From: Naegleria gruberi | Taxonomy: Eukaryota | Assembly (NCBI GenBank): GCA_000004985.1 | Contig: GG739371.1 | Strand: one strand, 5' to 3' | DNA: 1,613 nucleotides | Shown: one piece after another, positions 1 to 1,613 of the stretch | Numbering within the stretch: position 1 is the stretch's first letter | Layout: each line of letters opens with the position of its first letter | The notes under the pieces: model-generated | The model's input: the letters and a program-made list of their open reading frames with translations, nothing else | What the model was told of the DNA's origin: nothing | Databases searched by the model: none | Translations under genes and position numbers: made by a program

Positions 1-6
1 TATCCC

Positions 7-28
7 GATTCGAAGGGATTCGAAGGGA
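7..28. repeat. Short tandem duplication of an 11-bp unit ('gattcgaaggg' followed by 'attcgaaggga') at the window edge.
   Basis: Seen directly. 'cgattcgaagggattcgaaggga' contains two adjacent copies of 'attcgaaggg'. The window begins inside or next to this duplication, so more copies may lie upstream. Confidence 0.7.
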
Positions 29-360
29 AAGCCCACAAATAATGTCGGATGAAATAATCGGTCTGTAAACAGTATTTTAAATTACTCCGAAACCCCGTAT
101 TTCCCAAAAATGCATTTACTTCCTACTTGCTCCGTTTGGACTACCTCCCGAACGTTTGGCATCAAACAATGTTTATTATAGTGGATTATTTTGTCCGACA
201 ATTTGCAGTGCACCTTCGAGTTATTTAAATAATGATTTTTTTATATGACACAACACCCCCCCTCGTGACTTTAAGTTACCCTTGTTTTGCGCGAAAGACG
301 ACAAAAGTGAAAAAAAAAATTTCGATTTGATTTTTTACTTTGCGTTAATTAGATAATAAT

Positions 361-600
361 TTTATTAATATTGATCAATGGTCTATATATTAGTATAATA
401 TGTATATATTTCCAGATTTGAAATAAAAACAAAAATTCAATTTTTCAATCTTTGCGAATTAGAAGGAACTGATATTCAATTTAACACAGTTTAATTGTGA
501 TTGATGGGAAACGCAACTTATGAAATTTACGGGCTATATGGTATGATATCATACTATATTTATTACAATATGTATATATATTAACTGTTATATTGCATTA
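361..600. repeat. Cryptically simple TA/TG-rich low-complexity sequence with a recurring 'aatatgtatatat' motif.
   Basis: Seen directly. The 13-mer 'aatatgtatatat' occurs at 397-409 and again at 567-579. Related 'atatgtatgtata' (661-673) and 'catatatatatag' (785-797) lie further downstream. Confidence 0.5.
541..554. repeat. Perfect 14-bp palindrome 'gtatgatatcatac'.
   Basis: Seen directly. The sequence equals its own reverse complement. Confidence 0.8.
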
Positions 601-799
601 AAATTCCGCGCTAACAACAAATCACTTTTGTCGCACTAAGCGCACTAGTGAAATAACTTAATATGTATGTATAGACTAATCCATAGTGTAATAAGGTTTA
701 TTCGATAATCCAAAAAAGTGAATTTTCAAACTCTACTAGCAGAATTTTTGAAACCAGGATTTGTATAACATATAAATACTGTCATATATATATAGCTGT

Positions 800-960
800 A
801 TTGGTGTAGTAGGGTCGGATCGGGTCGGTCATTTTTTTGGAAACAGGCCCAAAAAACCTATGCTGTAGGGGAGGTCTATGGTCATATCGAGGACCCCCCC
901 ACGTAGGGCCCTGGGAGACCCTCCAAAATGGCCTGTGGAAAGTAGCTGCCGTTTTTTGTT
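800..960. other. GC-richer island within AT-rich surroundings, carrying homopolymer runs and a GGGCCC palindrome. It is not coding and is of unknown nature, possibly a fragment of a repeat or transposable element.
   Basis: Seen directly. It contains 'gggtcggatcgggtcggtc' (a 9-bp-period direct repeat at 812-830), T7 at 832-838, A6 at 851-856, C7 at 894-900, 'gggccc' at 907-912 and an imperfect inverted pair 'ggaggtc' (859-865) / 'gaccctcc' (918-925). Both ≥60-aa ORFs fall here, as expected where fewer stop codons occur by chance. Confidence 0.5.
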
Positions 961-1066
961 TCGGTCCAATATTTTACATCAAACAGATATTTATAATGTA
1001 CCGCAGATACCTACTTCCATGCGAGTAACTTTTGAAAGCATAAAAATCGGACATCTGGAGAATCGG

Positions 1067-1339
1067 TTCGGTTTAGCATCTAACCCTATTATATAACAAT
1101 ATAAAAAAATAATTATCTATTGTTTGAGCACCTAAAAAATCACCCCGAAAAAAAAATATAAAATAATTATTGACTTAGCATCTAACCCTACCCCGCGCTA
1201 ATAAAAAAAAATAATTATCTATTGTTTGACGATCTAAAAAAAAATTACCCTAAAAAACAAAAAAGAGTTATTGACTTAGCATCTAACCCTATTATATAAC
1301 AATATAAAAAAATAATTATCTATTGTTTGAGCACCTAAA
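1067..1339. repeat. Tandem repeat with a ~101-102 bp unit and about 2.7 copies (copy 1 ~1067-1166, copy 2 ~1167-1267, copy 3 ~1268-1339, truncated). Copies 1 and 3 are perfectly identical over 64 bp and copy 2 is diverged, so the array is effectively a ~203-bp higher-order unit present about 1.3 times.
   Basis: Seen directly. The 15-mer 'ttagcatctaaccct' sits at 1073-1087, 1175-1189 and 1276-1290, giving periods of 102 and 101 bp. Segment 1073-1136 is 64/64 identical to 1276-1339. Copy 2 keeps the blocks 'ttagcatctaaccct' and 'ataaaaaaaaataattatctattgtttga'. It replaces 'attatataacaat' with the GC-rich 'accccgcgcta' and 'gcacc' with 'cgatc'. The A-rich tails of copies 1 and 2 ('tcaccccgaaaaaaaaatataaaataa' versus 'ttaccctaaaaaacaaaaaagag') are recognisably homologous. 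Confidence 0.88.
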
Positions 1340-1380
1340 GTTTAATCGGGGAGTAAAAATGAAGGAAAAAAATAATTTAA

Positions 1381-1406
1381 ATGACACAATGATATTGTAA
1401 TGTCAT
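1381..1406. repeat. Imperfect hairpin or inverted repeat 'atgacacaat gat attgtaa tgtcat'.
   Basis: Seen directly. The arms 'atgaca'/'tgtcat' and 'caat'/'attg' are complementary around a short AT loop. It lies about 40 bp downstream of the tandem array. Confidence 0.55.
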
Positions 1407-1525
1407 ACAAACAATTTCGTATTTAATTATTTCTTGAATTTTAGCTCCTCAAAAAACCCCGACTTGCGATTCAGAGGATTCTCTTAATCCAGTTTATTGT
1501 AAATAAATAATATTAGTGCAAAACC

Positions 1526-1535
1526 TTCGATCGAA
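1526..1535. repeat. Perfect 10-bp palindrome 'ttcgatcgaa'.
   Basis: Seen directly. It is self-complementary and CpG-containing, within AT-rich flank. Confidence 0.7.
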
Positions 1536-1613
1536 AATTTTAGAAAAATTTACTTGCGAATTTCGGGAAAATAAAATATTGCTAGTTCCTGGGCCCCTCG
1601 AGTTTATAGTCAA

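Noticed and set aside
1-28. tRNA T-loop resemblance on the minus strand (cccttcgaatc)
   Set aside because: There is no complementary T-stem or acceptor stem. It is better explained as a simple 11-bp tandem duplication.
690-700. DRE/BEAF-like 'ttcgataa' motif
   Set aside because: It is only a 6/8 match to TATCGATA and there is no adjacent promoter or gene context to support it.
803-830. tRNA or SINE box-A-like 'tggtgtagtagg' followed by 'ggtcggatcgg'
   Set aside because: There is no properly spaced box B (GGTTCGANNCC) and no cloverleaf-compatible stems. The apparent 'box B' lies immediately adjacent rather than 30-40 bp downstream.
837-1028. 63-aa ORF on the + strand (METGPKNLCCRGGLWSYRGPP...)
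   Set aside because: It has a low-complexity G/P/R/W-rich translation. It overlaps the other ORF in a different frame and sits in a GC-rich island where long ORFs arise by chance. There is no recognisable domain and no supporting gene context.
878-1096. 72-aa ORF on the + strand (MVISRTPPRRALGDPPKWPV...)
   Set aside because: Same reasons as the 63-aa ORF. Its C-terminus also reads through tandem-repeat DNA and stops at a TAA inside the repeat, which suggests an accidental frame.
454-1561. Recurrence of the 9-mer 'ttgcgaatt' (454-462 and 1553-1561), 'acttgcga' (1462-1469 and 1551-1558) and other short shared k-mers
   Set aside because: At this length and AT bias, several chance 8-9-mer matches are expected. 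There is no extended flanking similarity.
1-1613. Prokaryotic defence island, operon or insect mitochondrial control region
   Set aside because: Almost no ORFs appear in six frames, and there are no RBS-anchored genes, which is incompatible with bacterial or phage DNA. AT content is too moderate and GC patches are too frequent for an insect mtDNA A+T-rich region.

Overview
This window looks like AT-rich eukaryotic non-coding DNA, probably intergenic or intronic and possibly from an insect such as Drosophila, although the organism cannot be determined. I cannot support any protein-coding gene, rRNA, tRNA, CRISPR array or prokaryotic-style operon. The six-frame track gives only two ORFs of 60 aa or more. 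Both are low-complexity and overlap each other in different frames inside a short GC-richer island, so they are almost certainly spurious. The clearest real structure is a tandem repeat at about 1067-1339 with a unit of roughly 101 bp and about 2.7 copies. Copies 1 and 3 are 64/64 identical, while the middle copy is diverged, giving an A-B-A pattern that implies a ~203-bp higher-order unit. Other directly visible structure is an 11-bp tandem duplication at the 5' edge, a GC-rich island at about 800-960 with C7, T7 and A6 homopolymers and a GGGCCC palindrome, recurring TATGTATATAT-type simple sequence, and several short perfect palindromes or hairpins. The window does not support an 'exciting undescribed system'. 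At most it holds a minisatellite or a tandem-repeat-bearing fragment of a non-autonomous transposable element. A database search against a repeat library would be the decisive check.
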